From Octopus sinensis (lineage: Eukaryota), in NCBI RefSeq assembly GCF_006345805.1, contig NC_042998.1, positions 55,800,001 through 55,864,000 on the forward strand: a stretch of 64,000 bases of DNA. The letters run 5' to 3'. Shown piece after piece: positions 49,180-62,990 of this stretch. Numbering within the stretch: position 1 is the stretch's first letter; each line of letters starts with the position of its first letter. The notes beneath the pieces are model-generated. The model was not told the DNA's origin. It saw only the letters and a list, made by a program, of their open reading frames with translations, and searched no databases. Both the position numbers and the translations under genes were made by a program.

Positions 49180-49736
49180 TGCTACTTGTTTCAGCCATTA
49201 CATTGCGGCCATGCTGGAGTACCGCCTTAAAAGGTTTTAGTCGAATAAATCTACCCAAGAACTTATTCTCTGTAAGCCTAGTACTTATTCTATCGGTGCC
49301 TCTTCCGAAGCGCTAAGTTACGGGGACGGAAACTCTAACATCTGTTGTGAAGCGATGGTGGGAGAAACGCCCACATAGACACAAAGACACACACACTCAT
49401 AAATACATACATATATTATATATTATATATAGAAATATAAAAATGTAAACTTCTTCCACAAATATATTTACTCCGGTATTATTTTTGGTCATATACGCAC
49501 GTAGCTGAGGTAAACGAATAAGATTTAGCTTGTATATAAGTGTGAACATTTGTATATGCGGTTGTGGACATGTGGTATTCGTATGGGTTGTATAAGTGCT
49601 TATAATTATATACATTGAGTTGTACCATACTGATGACGGTAAAGGGAGTTACAACCCTAAACTAGAAATCGATCTATGGGTAAACCATTTTCTAATAATC
49701 CTTTTTGTTCACTTCCCTCGCTTTCAGCCCGTGCCA

Positions 49737-49778
<42 letters not shown>

Positions 49779-49935
49779 GTGTATACAACGGTCGTCTTTC
49801 AGTTTCGTTTACCAAATGCAGCCACAAGGTTTTGGTCGGCCCAAAGCTATACTAGAAGACACTTGCCCAAGGTGCCACGCAGTGGGACTGAACCCAGAAT
49901 TATGCGGTTTGGACCAAGCTTCTTACCACACAACC
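49180..49935 (-). mobile_element. SINE-B split by about 350 bp of unrelated sequence in its central microsatellite
   Basis: Tail 49180-49380 and head 49780-49935 on the same strand in the correct order. Confidence 0.6.
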
Positions 49936-50006
49936 ATAATGACACAGACGCGCATAAGCGCGCGCGCGTGTGTCTATTTGCAGACACTCATAAATGTACA
50001 TAGCAG

Positions 50007-50237
50007 ACAAAAACATACAGCCACACATAGACACCTCATATGTACACATAACTATCACGAAGAATCTTTAAATTTAAGTGAGTAGTTTTCGTTTTCACAG
50101 ATTTTTCAAATGGAGCATTACATACAAAAACATACAGCCACACATAGACAGCTCATATGTACACATAACTATCACGAAGAATCTTTAAATTTAAGTGAGT
50201 AGTTTTCGTTTTCACAGATTTTTCAAATGGAGCATTA
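50007..50237. repeat. 117-bp tandem duplication
   Basis: 50007-50120 repeated at 50124-50237 with 1 substitution seen. Confidence 0.92.
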
Positions 50238-50422
50238 TACCAGGTAATATTACATTTTTATATTTCGGCCATTACAGATCAATGATAGGCCACTATTATG
50301 GATTATAGAAGAATTATTTATTACTGAAGAAGATAAATTAGAAAGAAACATATATTTAGTACGTGTAGATTGGGAATTACAATGCTTTCTACTATCGATA
50401 TTTGAAATACCATTCTAATTTT

Positions 50423-50583
50423 TGTTGTGTCTGGGGAGAGTCATTTTCTTTTTGTGCCTTATAATATAACATAATCACCGGCAAAATTAGGAAACTAAAA
50501 ATACGAAAAAAAGTGGAAATTTTACCGGTAAGTGTGTTATATTATAAGGCACAAAAAGAAAATGACTCTCCCCAGACACAACA
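50423..50583. repeat. Perfect 49-bp inverted repeat (MITE or inversion product)
   Basis: 50423-50471 is the exact reverse complement of 50535-50583. Confidence 0.88.
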
Positions 50584-50871
50584 GAATATACTTCAACACA
50601 CGAACTCACATAAAGAATCTTGCAAACCAAATGCAAAAACGAAATATTATAATTTTTGTTACTTTTAAATATCTTAGATTTAATGTGTTATTAAGCTACT
50701 ATTTCATGTGGTATCTGATCATAATTTGCAAAAATATAATTATTACTTGTAATGGAGCGACTAAGTTTAGTCGATGAGGATTTCGTTTTATTTTTATATT
50801 TGGAGAAATTCGTAGGATTGTTTATAAGAAAAGACGGAGAACAGTTATATTTATCTCTATCAATAGGAGTA

Positions 50872-51077
50872 CAGTAATCCCTAGACTATCGCGGATGTTA
50901 CGTTCCAAAAACCTCCCACAGAAATAATTAAAATCTAAAAAAATATAAATACCTATCAGCCGCAGAAACCCGGATATACTGAGGAGTTCGCGATATAAAT
51001 ATCCAAATATTAGCCAGAAAAACCCGCGATGTACTGAGTGCGTGATAGGTGAACCGCGATATGGCAAGGGATAACTA
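50872..51077. mobile_element. Tigger/pogo-like MITE
   Basis: TA-CAGTAATCCCT...CGCGG and CCGCG...AGGGATAACTA-TA termini. Confidence 0.75.
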
Positions 51078-51214
51078 TATTCAATATACTATTTTCATGT
51101 TTGTAAAATTGCAGGCACATTGCCTATTAGTATTTCTCACAGAATATAATTTATTTATATGCTTTTAGATTTTTTTATCTTGACGTTAGAAGAGTTATTA
51201 GTATTCTTTTCTAT

Positions 51215-51410
51215 TCTGGGCACAAGGCTCGAAATTTGGGGGGAGGGGACCAGTCGATTAGATCGACCTTAGTACGCAACTGGTACTTAATTTATCGACT
51301 TCGAAAGGATGAAAGGCAAAGTCAACCTCGGCGGAATTTCAACTCAGAACGTAATGGCAGACGAAATACCGCTAAGCTCAGCGTGCTAACGATTCTACCA
51401 GCTCACCGCC
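51215..51410 (-). mobile_element. SINE-A
   Basis: Family motifs on the minus strand. Confidence 0.85.
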
Positions 51411-52016
51411 TGACGGGGTATTAATATTGTTAAGATTTTAAATTTGATTACGTAGAAGTTTACGCTTAGTGCTAAGTATACATTTTATTTTTTCATCATA
51501 AAGTATCATTATAGTATACTGAGTTATTAAAGACCCTTTCATTAGCTGAAAGATTAGAAACTCTCATTGAAATATTTTAAACTAAACTATTTATAATGGA
51601 TCTAGAATGGTTAAATTGTTTAATTTATATAATATAGAGCTTATTATGTTTATGATATAGATAACAATGCCCATATTTTGAATTAAAAGTCAATTCGAGA
51701 ATAATTTACATTTTAGAACTATTATTAAAATTTATGGATAAATTATAATTTATAGTTAGCAAACCTGTTAGTATTCGTGATAATTAGGCATAAAGCTCGC
51801 TTTGAATTAATTAAATTTAAATTAATTTTCATTAGCTATGTATGTTAATGATGTAATTATTTGATTGGTTATGTCTACTCTTGTTGAAACAGCTGTTGCA
51901 ATTAACTTATAATCTATCCGAGAAATTTATGCTTTTTCTACCTTTTATTTTGAACACACGTTAGTCTTAAGGATCATTTTATCCGATATGCAGGCAAGCT
52001 TCTTTCACAGGATATA

Positions 52017-52233
52017 CGAAAGAGTCCTGAAAAATTCCTGGCTTTGAGTAAGAGAAAATACAGAAGGATCTGTTAATTATTGTTTTATTCAACTTATTCC
52101 CCTCTCAGATTCACGCACATATTGCAGCGGTCCTTCATATTTTCCAAGCCCTGTAAGAGAACTCGGATGTTTGGGCCTTCAACAAAGCCTTTCGCGATGT
52201 CCTTAAAGCCAGGTACTTTTCAGCACTCCCTCG
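52017..52233. mobile_element. Mariner-derived MITE with TA TSDs
   Basis: TA-CGAAAGAGTCCTGAAAAATTCCTGGCTTT ... AAAGCCAGGTACTTTTCAGCACTCCCTCG-TA. Confidence 0.82.
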
Positions 52234-52339
52234 TACTGTTGGAGGTCTAGCTTATTACCGTGAATATATATATATATAAACATATATACATACATACATT
52301 CAGTCCGATTATTTCTATGTCCCCACGCATGATACATCA

Positions 52340-52545
52340 TTAAGACATTTATTGGATGGCCGTTGACTCTCAAGAGCTCCTCCGCCCTTTGACGGGTTTT
52401 GTTTTACATCCCGCAGGGTGTCCAATAAACACCCTCCTCACCAAGCAAGCTTGGTGGGGTTGCCGGTTTAGTCGCCGACGACCCGACCATGCAACAGGTT
52501 GTACTGGGTTACATATTACCAGTAGCACTCGAAAGTGACCTGACA
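52340..52545. repeat. Dispersed repeat also present at about 44060-44250 (possibly an RTE-like 5' region)
   Basis: Shared ttagtcgc(c/t)gacgacccgac...caggttgtact segment; family assignment uncertain. Confidence 0.45.
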
Positions 52546-53014
52546 TACACATACATACATACATACATACATACATACATACATACATACATACTTATAT
52601 GGACACATATATATGTATGACCGTATATATACGACGGATTCTACAGTTTCCACATAGTACACTTGCTTACAAGACATTAGTGAGCCCGAAACTATAGTAC
52701 AAATCACATATACAAGGTACAACGCTCTTGAAATGAACCCGAAATTGCTTGCAACTTATACAGGCACAGACACATATGCACGCACACAAACATATGTGTT
52801 AGTGTATATCTGTAAGTTTATGTGAGTATATTTATGCTCATATGTGTATACCTGCATCATGCATATATGTATGTATGCATGCACGTATGCTAATATACAT
52901 GTACTTATGTATATAACGGGAAGCTTTATGAAAATAGACAAAAGACGAAGGCAGGTGGGAAACAAACAAACAATTGTATTAGTATGGCGCTCAGGAAATA
53001 TAAATAAAACAAGT

Positions 53015-53044
53015 CTTTAACGTTTCGAGCCTACGCTCTTCAAC
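53015..53044 (-). ncRNA. 5'-truncated hammerhead, family H1 (U6 retained)
   Basis: ..GTTGA-A-GAGC gtag GCTC-GAAAC-GT-T-AAAG; truncated by (TA)n inside the core. Confidence 0.6.
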
Positions 53045-53132
53045 TATATATGTGTATATAGTCAAATACAAGACTTCACTAGTGTTTCATTATTATAATT
53101 ACACACACACACCACACACACACACACACACG

Positions 53133-53173
<41 letters not shown>

Positions 53174-53197
53174 CACACACACACACACACACACACG

Positions 53198-53301
<104 letters not shown>

Positions 53302-53412
53302 GGTTAAGTAATTGAGATTCTAGTGGATTCTAAAGAATTCACATGAATATGGTCCTTAACTAGGATGCACCGGATATCTATATGGTGTTAGCCATACGAC
53401 AAGTGGGGTGAT

Positions 53413-53655
53413 TATAAATAGGAAAAAAGCAACAAGAATGGATTAAAATCTCGGTACGATCGTTTCGTACGAGGACATCTTTAATAAGCTACAAAAAATG
53501 CAGTATTCACTGTATGTATGTATGTATGTATGTAAGTATGTATGTATGTATTCATCTGTATTCACTGCATTTTTTGTAGCTTATTAAAGATGTCCTCGTA
53601 CGAAACGATCGTACCGAGATTTTAATCCATTCTTGTTGCTTTTTTCCTATTTATA
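53413..53655. repeat. Perfect 92-bp inverted repeat of the H2 3' end around a (TATG)n loop
   Basis: 53413-53504 versus 53564-53655; each arm carries GTAC-GAAAC-GATC-GT-A-CCGAGA. Confidence 0.92.
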
Positions 53656-53657
53656 TA

Positions 53658-53753
<96 letters not shown>

Positions 53754-53786
53754 TATACGAGAAAGAAGCAACAAGAATGGATTAGT

Positions 53787-53877
53787 TTTTAGTACAATTG
53801 TTTCATACAAAGACAGGCTTTATTACAAGTTGCAAAAATTGCAGCAGATAAAAGTGTCCCGTACTCATCAGCTAAAA
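53787..53877 (-). ncRNA. Type I hammerhead with extended stem II (family H2)
   Basis: TTTTAG-CTGATGA-GTAC...GTAT-GAAAC-AATT-GT-A-CTAAAA; stem I covaries with the 42323 copy. Confidence 0.85.
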
Positions 53878-54146
53878 TACATATGAGTTCTCCAAACATC
53901 TTAGTGGGTGAGGTTATACTCATGAAATATTGGAGATAATTCCATTAAAGGCAGATATAGGTTGTAAACAGTTTTCCAAAGTTCCTTAATGATGATGCAC
54001 AGTCTTATCACAGATTTTTAAAAACTTATTAGTTTCAAAGAGAAGATGAATTAATCCTTAATTGCTTTGATTTTATATAAATATATATATATATATATAT
54101 ACACATATATATATTTACATACGAAAACTAGAGCTGTATGTATATC

Positions 54147-54181
<35 letters not shown>

Positions 54182-54938
54182 GCGCGCGTGTGCGTGTATG
54201 CGTATATATATATATGTAAATGTATATGTATATATATATATGGGTGTGTGTATGTGTGTATATGTGAGTGTGCATGTAAATTCCCATTAATAGAAAAATT
54301 ATAAGTGCATAAATGATAATTAATGAGTCATCAATGAGTGAATTTGTGTGTGTGTGCGTGTATGTTTGTGTGTGTGGTACACACATACACACAAACACAC
54401 TCTAAGGTGAGCGATCAATTATCAGCCATGCACATAAATATAGATTTTTCCTTATTGGTGGGAAAATTGTTTGTGCACGCATCAATAAACACGGTCTCCT
54501 TCCAATAACCTCAATGCATTTTTGAATTTGTCTTAAACATTCATGCATACATACATACATACATAAATACATACATACATACATACATACATACATACAT
54601 ACATACATACATACATACATGCATATATACATACACTGACATTCGCGTATTTATGTGTTAATTAAGTTTTTGCTAGTACGGTTATCCTGGTCACATATGT
54701 ATTTGCTCTAAACAACAGTAACGTCTGGTTACCCGTTTTCTCTGTACTGGAAGTGTATCAGGGGATGAAATTCATTAAAGGTTTTTTTGGTCACTATGGG
54801 AACAGCGTTCTGCCGCTCCGAAATTTTAACAAGTATATTTAAAAAGTTTAATACGGGTTACTCATACGGTGAGGGTAATAATATGAAGCGAGTACCTAAC
54901 ACAGTTCTGTTCAACAAACAGGTGGTTATTTATGAAAT

Positions 54939-55524
54939 TGCAGAACGTTAGCACGCCGGGCGAAATCCTTAGCGGTATTTCGCCTGCCGTTACGTTCTGA
55001 GTTCAAATTCCGTCGGGGTCGACTTTGCCTTTCATCCTTTCGGGGCTGATAAATTAAGTACCAGTTACGTACTGGGGTCAGTGTAATCGACTTAATCCCT
55101 TTGTCTGTCCTTGTTTGTCCTTCTGTGTTTAGCCCCTTGTGGGTAGTAAAGAAATAGGTATTTCGTCTGCCGCTACGTTCTGAGTTCAAATTCCGCTGAG
55201 GTCGACTTTGCCTTCTCACCCTTTCGGGGTCGATTAAATAAGTACCAGTTATGTGCTGGGGTCGATGTAATCGACTTAATCCGTTTGTCTGTCCTTGTTT
55301 GACCCTTCTGTGTTTAGCCCCTTGTGGGTAGTAAAGAAATAGATATTTCGTCCGCGGCTACGTTCTGTGTTCAAATTCCGCCGAGGTCGACTTTGCCTTC
55401 TCACCCTTTCGGGGTCGATTAAATAAGTACCAGTTACGCACTGGGGTCGGTGTAATCGACTTAATCCTTTTGTCTGTCCTTGTTTGTCTCCTCTATGTTT
55501 AGTCCCTTGTGGGCAATAAAGAAA
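54939..55524 (+). mobile_element. SINE-A head plus three tandem bodies (183-185 bp period)
   Basis: Body starts at 54974, 55157 and 55342, each junction ...aaagaaata|g(g/a)tatttcg. Confidence 0.92.
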
Positions 55525-55779
55525 GAAGATAATATATCCGTATAGATCATGGTTTTAGTCTATAAAATTGTTTTGTACAGAATTGGTACCAAACATCTCA
55601 CAGAGTTGCGCAATCAAAACTGTGAAATGCCATTGTCTTGATTGTCATGGTAATGAAGGTGATGATGCCTTGGTAAAAATCGTTACTGATGACGATTTTT
55701 GAGTGTATTCCTTACAATTAGTGAGTCATCCATGTGTTTGCATATGTGCATGTGTATGTATGCGTGTGTGTGTTCGTGC

Positions 55780-55848
55780 TTGTACGAGTGTATGTTATAT
55801 ATAAACACAAACACACATGCACATACATATGAATATTTATGTGTGTAC

Positions 55849-55909
<61 letters not shown>

Positions 55910-55987
55910 ATATATATATGTATGTATATATATATATATATATTATATATACATATATTATATATATATATATACATATATATATAA

Positions 55988-56025
<38 letters not shown>

Positions 56026-56067
56026 CATATATATATATATTATATATATATATACATATATATATAA

Positions 56068-56112
<45 letters not shown>

Positions 56113-56800
56113 TATATGTGTGTGTGTATACATCCACACACATACATATATGTACCCATACACACACAAGTATATGTGTGTGCGTGTGCTTGCATGCATG
56201 CATGTATGCATATATGCATGCATGCATGTATGTATGCATGCCTGTATGCATATATATATGTATGCATGTATGTAAGCATGTATGCATGCGTGCATGTGCG
56301 TATGTGTGTATATGCGCGCGCGTGTGTGTGTATGTACGAATGGTAAGCAGGGATTATACAATTTCAACTACATATACTGTTTTGTGATTAGTAACCCAAA
56401 TAACCTGTTGGTTCTCGTATCTCAAATGAATTTGTTATTTCATACTTTAATCGCTGCATATGTCAAATTCTCTGTCAAGACTATGATTCACCCTCACCCC
56501 GCCAACACTGTTTTTTTTTATGTTGTTGTTGTTTTATATTTAGTAAATGCCGTCAATTGACTATTTTACATTGAGCTGAATGTCAGCGATGTCATTTATT
56601 TCCCATGGAATATGGTGAGGAAAGATATCATGTTCCTCCCAAAAAATCAGGAATTTAGGGAAACAAAATACGACAACATATGCTGAAAAACTGCATAAAT
56701 TTATACTCTTGTTTAAATAGGTCCTCGTTACGTTGGTCAATAGTTCCTTAGTTGGACGTTAGATGTATTTATACACACACACATACATACATACATATAT

Positions 56801-56845
<45 letters not shown>

Positions 56846-56966
56846 AAGAAAGATGTGTGTATACATATACGTACATACAGACATAACATATATATATTTA
56901 TATATATATGTAAATACATATATATATATATATATTATATATATATATATATATATGTATATACAC

Positions 56967-56998
<32 letters not shown>

Positions 56999-57122
56999 GA
57001 TATATACATACTAACATATGTAAATGCATATATATAAATATATCCATATGCATATGTGTGTGCATGTATGTATACATATATATATATACATATATATATA
57101 TATAATATATACATATATATAA

Positions 57123-57220
<98 letters not shown>

Positions 57221-57347
57221 TGTATACATATATATATATATAACCCTTTATTCGTAACATTACCGAATGTGGAACTTAACTATGATCTGTCTATAGCACT
57301 TATTCAGCATTACCTGACACCTTTGGGTCTCAGTGACACCATTATCT

Positions 57348-57384
<37 letters not shown>

Positions 57385-57420
57385 GTACGTATGTATGCAT
57401 GTATGTATGTATGTATAACC
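55780..57420. repeat. 1.6-kb compound microsatellite field (TA, TG, CATG, GATA, TACA)
   Basis: Direct inspection; source of many spurious ORFs. Confidence 0.93.
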
Positions 57421-58059
57421 ATAGATTGAACGACATTACTGCTCACAAATGTGTGTAATGAAATATAAACACACACGTACACGCGTACATGCATTCAGTG
57501 CTTTATATTGGTACATATGTATATACTCATTCATTTTATTTACTCACAGATATACACCTACGTATATAATAACGTTTTGTGAGTGCGTGTACATGTAAAA
57601 ACACACGCGTGAATGTGTGTATAAATGAGCACGTGTGTATGTGTGTATAAGTGTGTGCATGTATGAGTGCATGTGAGTCTATATATATATATGCTTGTGT
57701 GTGTGTGTAGCGTAGTGTAGTGTTATGTATTTGTGTGTATGTACTATTAACGAATAAAATCCCAAAAGATCAAATTCCGATAAAGATATAGTGGACAAGC
57801 GAGAATTTCTACACGTTTAAATGCCAGCAAATGGAATTAAATGGTGAGAATTTGCAGCTCAACCAGTCCTGTTTTGTAGACTCAAAATATCTTTGATTGA
57901 TATTGTACAGCAAATCAATTAAAGTGCAGGTGATATATAGTTATCAATCGGCTGTTTTAATTGATTAATATGAGAATTATAGAGTAAATGGCTTCTAACA
58001 TAACGACCATTTGTAGAAAAGTATATCATAGTGACAACATTTGAGTGTTAGTTATATTT

Positions 58060-58590
58060 TTTTTATCGAGCCCGGAAAGATGAAAAGTAAAGTTGGCCCA
58101 CTGCCCTATTTGAACTCTGAATGAAAACAGACATAACTAAATATTCTTTTCACTATGAGCACAAGACCTGAAATTTTGGGTAGGGAATGCTAGTCGATAA
58201 CTTCGACCCTAGTACTCAACTGATACTTATTTTATCAACCCTGAAAGGATGAACGGCATATTCGACCTCGGCGGAATTTGAACTCAGAACATAAAGACGG
58301 ACAAAATGCCGCTAAGCATTTTGTGCGACGTGTTAACGATTCTACCAGCTCGCTACCTTAGGCATAACTGAATATCTTTTCTACTATAGGCACAAGGCCT
58401 AAAATTTTGAGCGAGGGGGCAAGATTAGTCGATTACATCGACCCTAGTGTTCAACTGGTACCTATTTCATCGACCCCGAAGGGATTAAAGGCAGCATCGA
58501 CCTAGGCGGAATTTGAAATCGGAGCTTAAGACTGACGAAATACTGCTTAGAATTTTGTCTGGTGTGCTAATAACTCTGCCTGCTCGGTGC
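58060..58590 (-). mobile_element. Cluster of three SINE-A copies
   Basis: Repeated family motifs at about 58070, 58230 and 58470. Confidence 0.8.
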
Positions 58591-58684
58591 CTTAGACAGA
58601 ACTATAACAATGCCGTTTGCATGTCAGAGCGATGGGTAACGATTAAGTTATTGAATTAAATATCGAAGATCCGTATATCTTTTT

Positions 58685-58868
58685 TCTTTTACTTGTTTTA
58701 GTCATTGGACAGCGGCCATTCAGTCGAATGAATAGATCCCGAAACTTACGTCTTTTTTCATTAGTCTATCGGGTTCTTTTGTCGAACGGCTAAGTTACGG
58801 AGACGTAAACAAATCAGCTCTGATTGCCAACCGGTGGGGAGATGACGAACACAAACGCAAAAACAAAC

Positions 58869-58925
<57 letters not shown>

Positions 58926-58999
58926 ACACACACACCACACACACACATATATATAAATATAAATATATATAGATACATACATATATGCATGTGTATGTG

Positions 59000-59040
<41 letters not shown>

Positions 59041-59310
59041 GCGCATGCACGCACGTGCATGCAACACACACACACGCATACATACATACATATACATACA
59101 TACATACATACATATATACATACATACATACATACATACATACATACATACATACATACATACATACATACATACATACATAAAACAGGCTCGTTTCAGT
59201 TCCGTTTGCCAAATCCACTTACAAGGCTTTAGTCGGCCTGGGGTTATAGTAGAATACGCTAGCAATGGAACTGAGCCCAGGAAATAACTGGGAAGCAAGT
59301 TTCTTGCCCA
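58685..59310 (-). mobile_element. SINE-B with ~310-bp internal microsatellite
   Basis: Tail 58685-58865, (CA)/(TA)/(TACA) 58868-59180, head 59185-59310. Confidence 0.82.
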
Positions 59311-59769
59311 CCCATCCGTGCGCCTGTATACTGAGTTCACTTTCGGACATACTGTATTCTGGATAGACGGATTGTTATGAGAGTGTTGATAGACATGAAA
59401 ACTAAATCAACGAGAAATAACACAACTACAACTAGTTTTTGCAAAGTTAAAATAAATTTCCTAAAACTGTTTGGTCACGTTCGACTTGTGGTTTTCTTAA
59501 AAGCTATCTGCAGGTCATGATACCTGTATATAAAAATAAAAAAAGGGAGAGCGTCCAAGTAATAGATGAAAAGATCACAGCCTGAAATAGTCTCATTTGT
59601 CAATCATAGACAGAACCCAATGCAATGCCAATGATCAGAGAGAGATGGAGGAAATGTGCTCATAACGTTTTGTATTCTATCTGCTGTTCAAACGATTTAT
59701 CCATTCCATAGCTCTGAAATATATGAATATATGAACTACAAGAATTGTAAGTATCAATGATTTCTAGCA

Positions 59770-60135
59770 ATGGTGCAAGGCCTCAAAATCTGAGGAAGGA
59801 GTGACTGCAGCACTTGACTAGTACTTATTTTATCGACTCTGGAATGCTGAATGTCAAAGACGTCCTAGGCGAGACTTGAACTCGGAAAATAATTGCTGAC
59901 ATTATTATAAAAAAGGCATATTTTTAGGATTGGTAGAACGGCGAACAAAATGCCTGGCAGTATTTAGCTACGTAAGTTTACATTCAACATCCAAATCGGA
60001 TGTTTGGTGGGGTTGTTAGAGCGCCGGATGGAATGTCTCATGGTATTTACCACTCCACCCTAAGTTCAAATCCTGTCAAACTCAGCTTTGTCTTTCAGCC
60101 TTTTGGGATCGATGAACAAGTACCTGTCCACGGTG
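59770..60135. mobile_element. Two decayed SINE-A copies in opposite orientation
   Basis: 59770-59900 (-) and 59915-60135 (+). Confidence 0.6.
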
Positions 60136-61247
60136 GCATTTGTTTCAAAATTGTTTTAGCAAGCTGCGCTGATGACAACTAACTGCAATCTGACAAGCAC
60201 CTCCTCCATAGGGTCGTATCAGAAGCGATCGTCATTAGAATGGAAATGTGGTTAGAATGGAAATGTGAATAGCTGGAGTGCGGTCCAAGAGTCCTAGTGT
60301 GCTATTGAAGAAGTCTACCATATTAGTTTGAGATCAGTTTCAGACTCATAAGACTAATACCAGGGATATCTAATCAATTACTTCCGTTCCTAAGATATCG
60401 CAGTCACTATGCTATTTCAAGGATAGACGCCGGAAGAGGGAAGAATAGAACGAATGGAAATAGGATTCAGATTTTGAAGTGACGTGAACAAGAAGAAATA
60501 AAATACTCATTATTACACAGATGTGTGTGTGTGAGGATTACAAGTATATGGAATGCTGTAAAGAAAAAAAGGGTAAGTAATAATGAAAGTATTTACTAAC
60601 TACGACTCTAGCCTTGGTGCTACTGTGAGCAATTTATTGTTTGAAGAAAATATTGAAGGCCCACGTCTGATCGCAGAAAATTTCATTGATGAAGTAAATA
60701 GTATAAATGCTAATTGTAGGAATGAGTTTTTCAGGCCCTAATGACGGTTTACGTTGCTCTCAAGATGGTGATTTCTAAAATTTTGCAGATGATTAATGAT
60801 AACTTGATATTTTTTTTGTATATTTATCGCACTTGGCTGATTGCTATGGGACCTATTCTATTCATTGAAATATCATTCTCTATTAGAATGCGTTCAAATT
60901 TTCCTACTGATTGCTGTTTACTAATATTAATGAAATATTTCCTTTGTCCGTACGCATCTATAATATGCATATTTATTATATTTTACTACTTACTTTGTTA
61001 CAGTTTTACTGATATATTTTGCTATGTTGGCATGTTCCAATATTCACTTATACCACTGTAAAGTATTTCTTTCCATACTGAGTAAATTTAATTTATTTTC
61101 CTTTCAAGGATAGCATAATGTTACTACATATGATTTCGGACTTGGATTCAATATATACCGCTCTTACATGCAGAAAGTCATAACTTTTTCCCTTTTTTTC
61201 AAAACCACTTAAAAATTACTTTCACTACAAGTATAATGAAACACACC

Positions 61248-61330
<83 letters not shown>

Positions 61331-61391
61331 ACTAACTAGCTATCTATCTCTATCTATCTATCTATCTATCTATCTAACTAACTAGCTCTCT

Positions 61392-61446
<55 letters not shown>

Positions 61447-61942
61447 TTACACATATACATATTTATATATATGCAGGTATGTATGTATATATGAATGTAT
61501 ATGTGTGTATGTACACGCGCGCGCACATACGTACTTACACATATACGCACACATCGTAAAATCGTGGGTTCGATTCTCAGACCAGCGAAACAACTCACCC
61601 TATGTCCCATTTAGGAGCGATGGCCATCGATGTTTCGTTATTTTTGTGGCTTATCAACACCACGTACCTGAACCGTTGTGGAGGCAAATTGAATAGCAAT
61701 GCATACAATACACAATACATGTGCTTTACTAGTTCGCCGGTCGGCCGCGATTCGACGCGGTTGGAGGTATATGTGTACTCGATAATGTTTACAACACTTT
61801 CACAGCTTATCATTCATATTTCAATTTATTCCTACGTATACATCATTTCGACATACCAGCAGATGGTTTTTACACCATTTTACATATAGTCCTAGACAGG
61901 CTATTCAACTGTGTGTGTGTGTGTGTGGTGTGTGTGTGTGTG

Positions 61943-61979
<37 letters not shown>

Positions 61980-61981
<2 letters not shown>

Positions 61982-62878
61982 GGGTCATCCCATGAATAAT
62001 GTGGTCTTTTCAATTGCATGAAATAAAAGATTGAGGGGGACGGGATAAACTACCTGCATTAACTTGCTATAAAATGAGGTACTAATTTCAACTTTCTTTA
62101 ATCTTGGTGCAAGTTTTGAAGAGTGCAGTTTGATATTAGCAGCTTCTTTTTTTAAAGCTATAATGAAAGTAACAAAGGAGCATGTTCGGCATATTTTGCT
62201 TTATAAGTTCAATAAAGTCAACAAGTGTAAGGAATATTAATGCATTATATGGGGATTGGACAATAAATGTAAGCCTGTGTCAACAGTGGTTTCAGAAATT
62301 CCGAGCCGGAAACTACAGACTAGAAGACGAGCCTTATCCTGGAATATCTGTAGAGCTTGACGAGGACGTCCTGAAAACCCTGGTGGAACAAAATCCCATC
62401 GCAGCTGTTGAGGAAGCTTGGATTTGGTCATTCAACCAATCATCAACACCTACGTGCCATAGGAAAAGGATCATATTTGGTTTCAAGACGAAAGGTGTTC
62501 TTCAATCAGGATAATGCTCGGCCACATATAGCGAGGATGACATTCCAAAGGCTGGACAATTTGAATGGGAAACAATGCCCCACACACCATATTCGCTGGA
62601 CACACCATATCATTAATTCCGCAAACTTTAAAATGATTTGGACGGAAAAAATATGAACTCTGTAGACGAGGTCAGAACAGTACTGGAGGAATATTTTTCA
62701 TCACAGAAGAGTGGATTTTTGAAGAGGGGCCTTGCAAGTCTACCAGATAGATGGAAGAGCATTGTAGAAGATGAAGGAGAATATATTTTAGATTAAAGCC
62801 GAACCTTGTTTATCTTAATTTTGAAAAAAGTATAAAAGAAGTATAAAAACACCGTATTATTTATGGGATGACCCAATA
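61980..62878 (+). mobile_element. Internally deleted mariner (DD34D-type) transposon
   Basis: TIRs TTGGGTCATCCCA / TGGGATGACCCAA-TA; ATG 62163; WFQKFRAGNYRLEDEP, QDNARPH, LPDRWKSIVEDEGEYILD* (stop 62794-62796); frameshifts. Confidence 0.9.
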
Positions 62879-62879
62879 T

Positions 62880-62959
62880 GTATGTATTTATAATAATAAT
62901 AATAATGATAATTATGATATATATTTATAATAATAATAATGATAATAATAATAATAATA

Positions 62960-62990
<31 letters not shown>

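Noticed and set aside
52340-52545. Possible HDV-like or twister ribozyme in an RTE-like leader
   Set aside because: Some hairpins pair, but I could not place P1/P1.1 or the twister pseudoknots.
54939-55524. Regular ~185-bp repeat array as CRISPR-like or satellite DNA
   Set aside because: Units are whole SINE bodies with no unique spacers; eukaryotic context.
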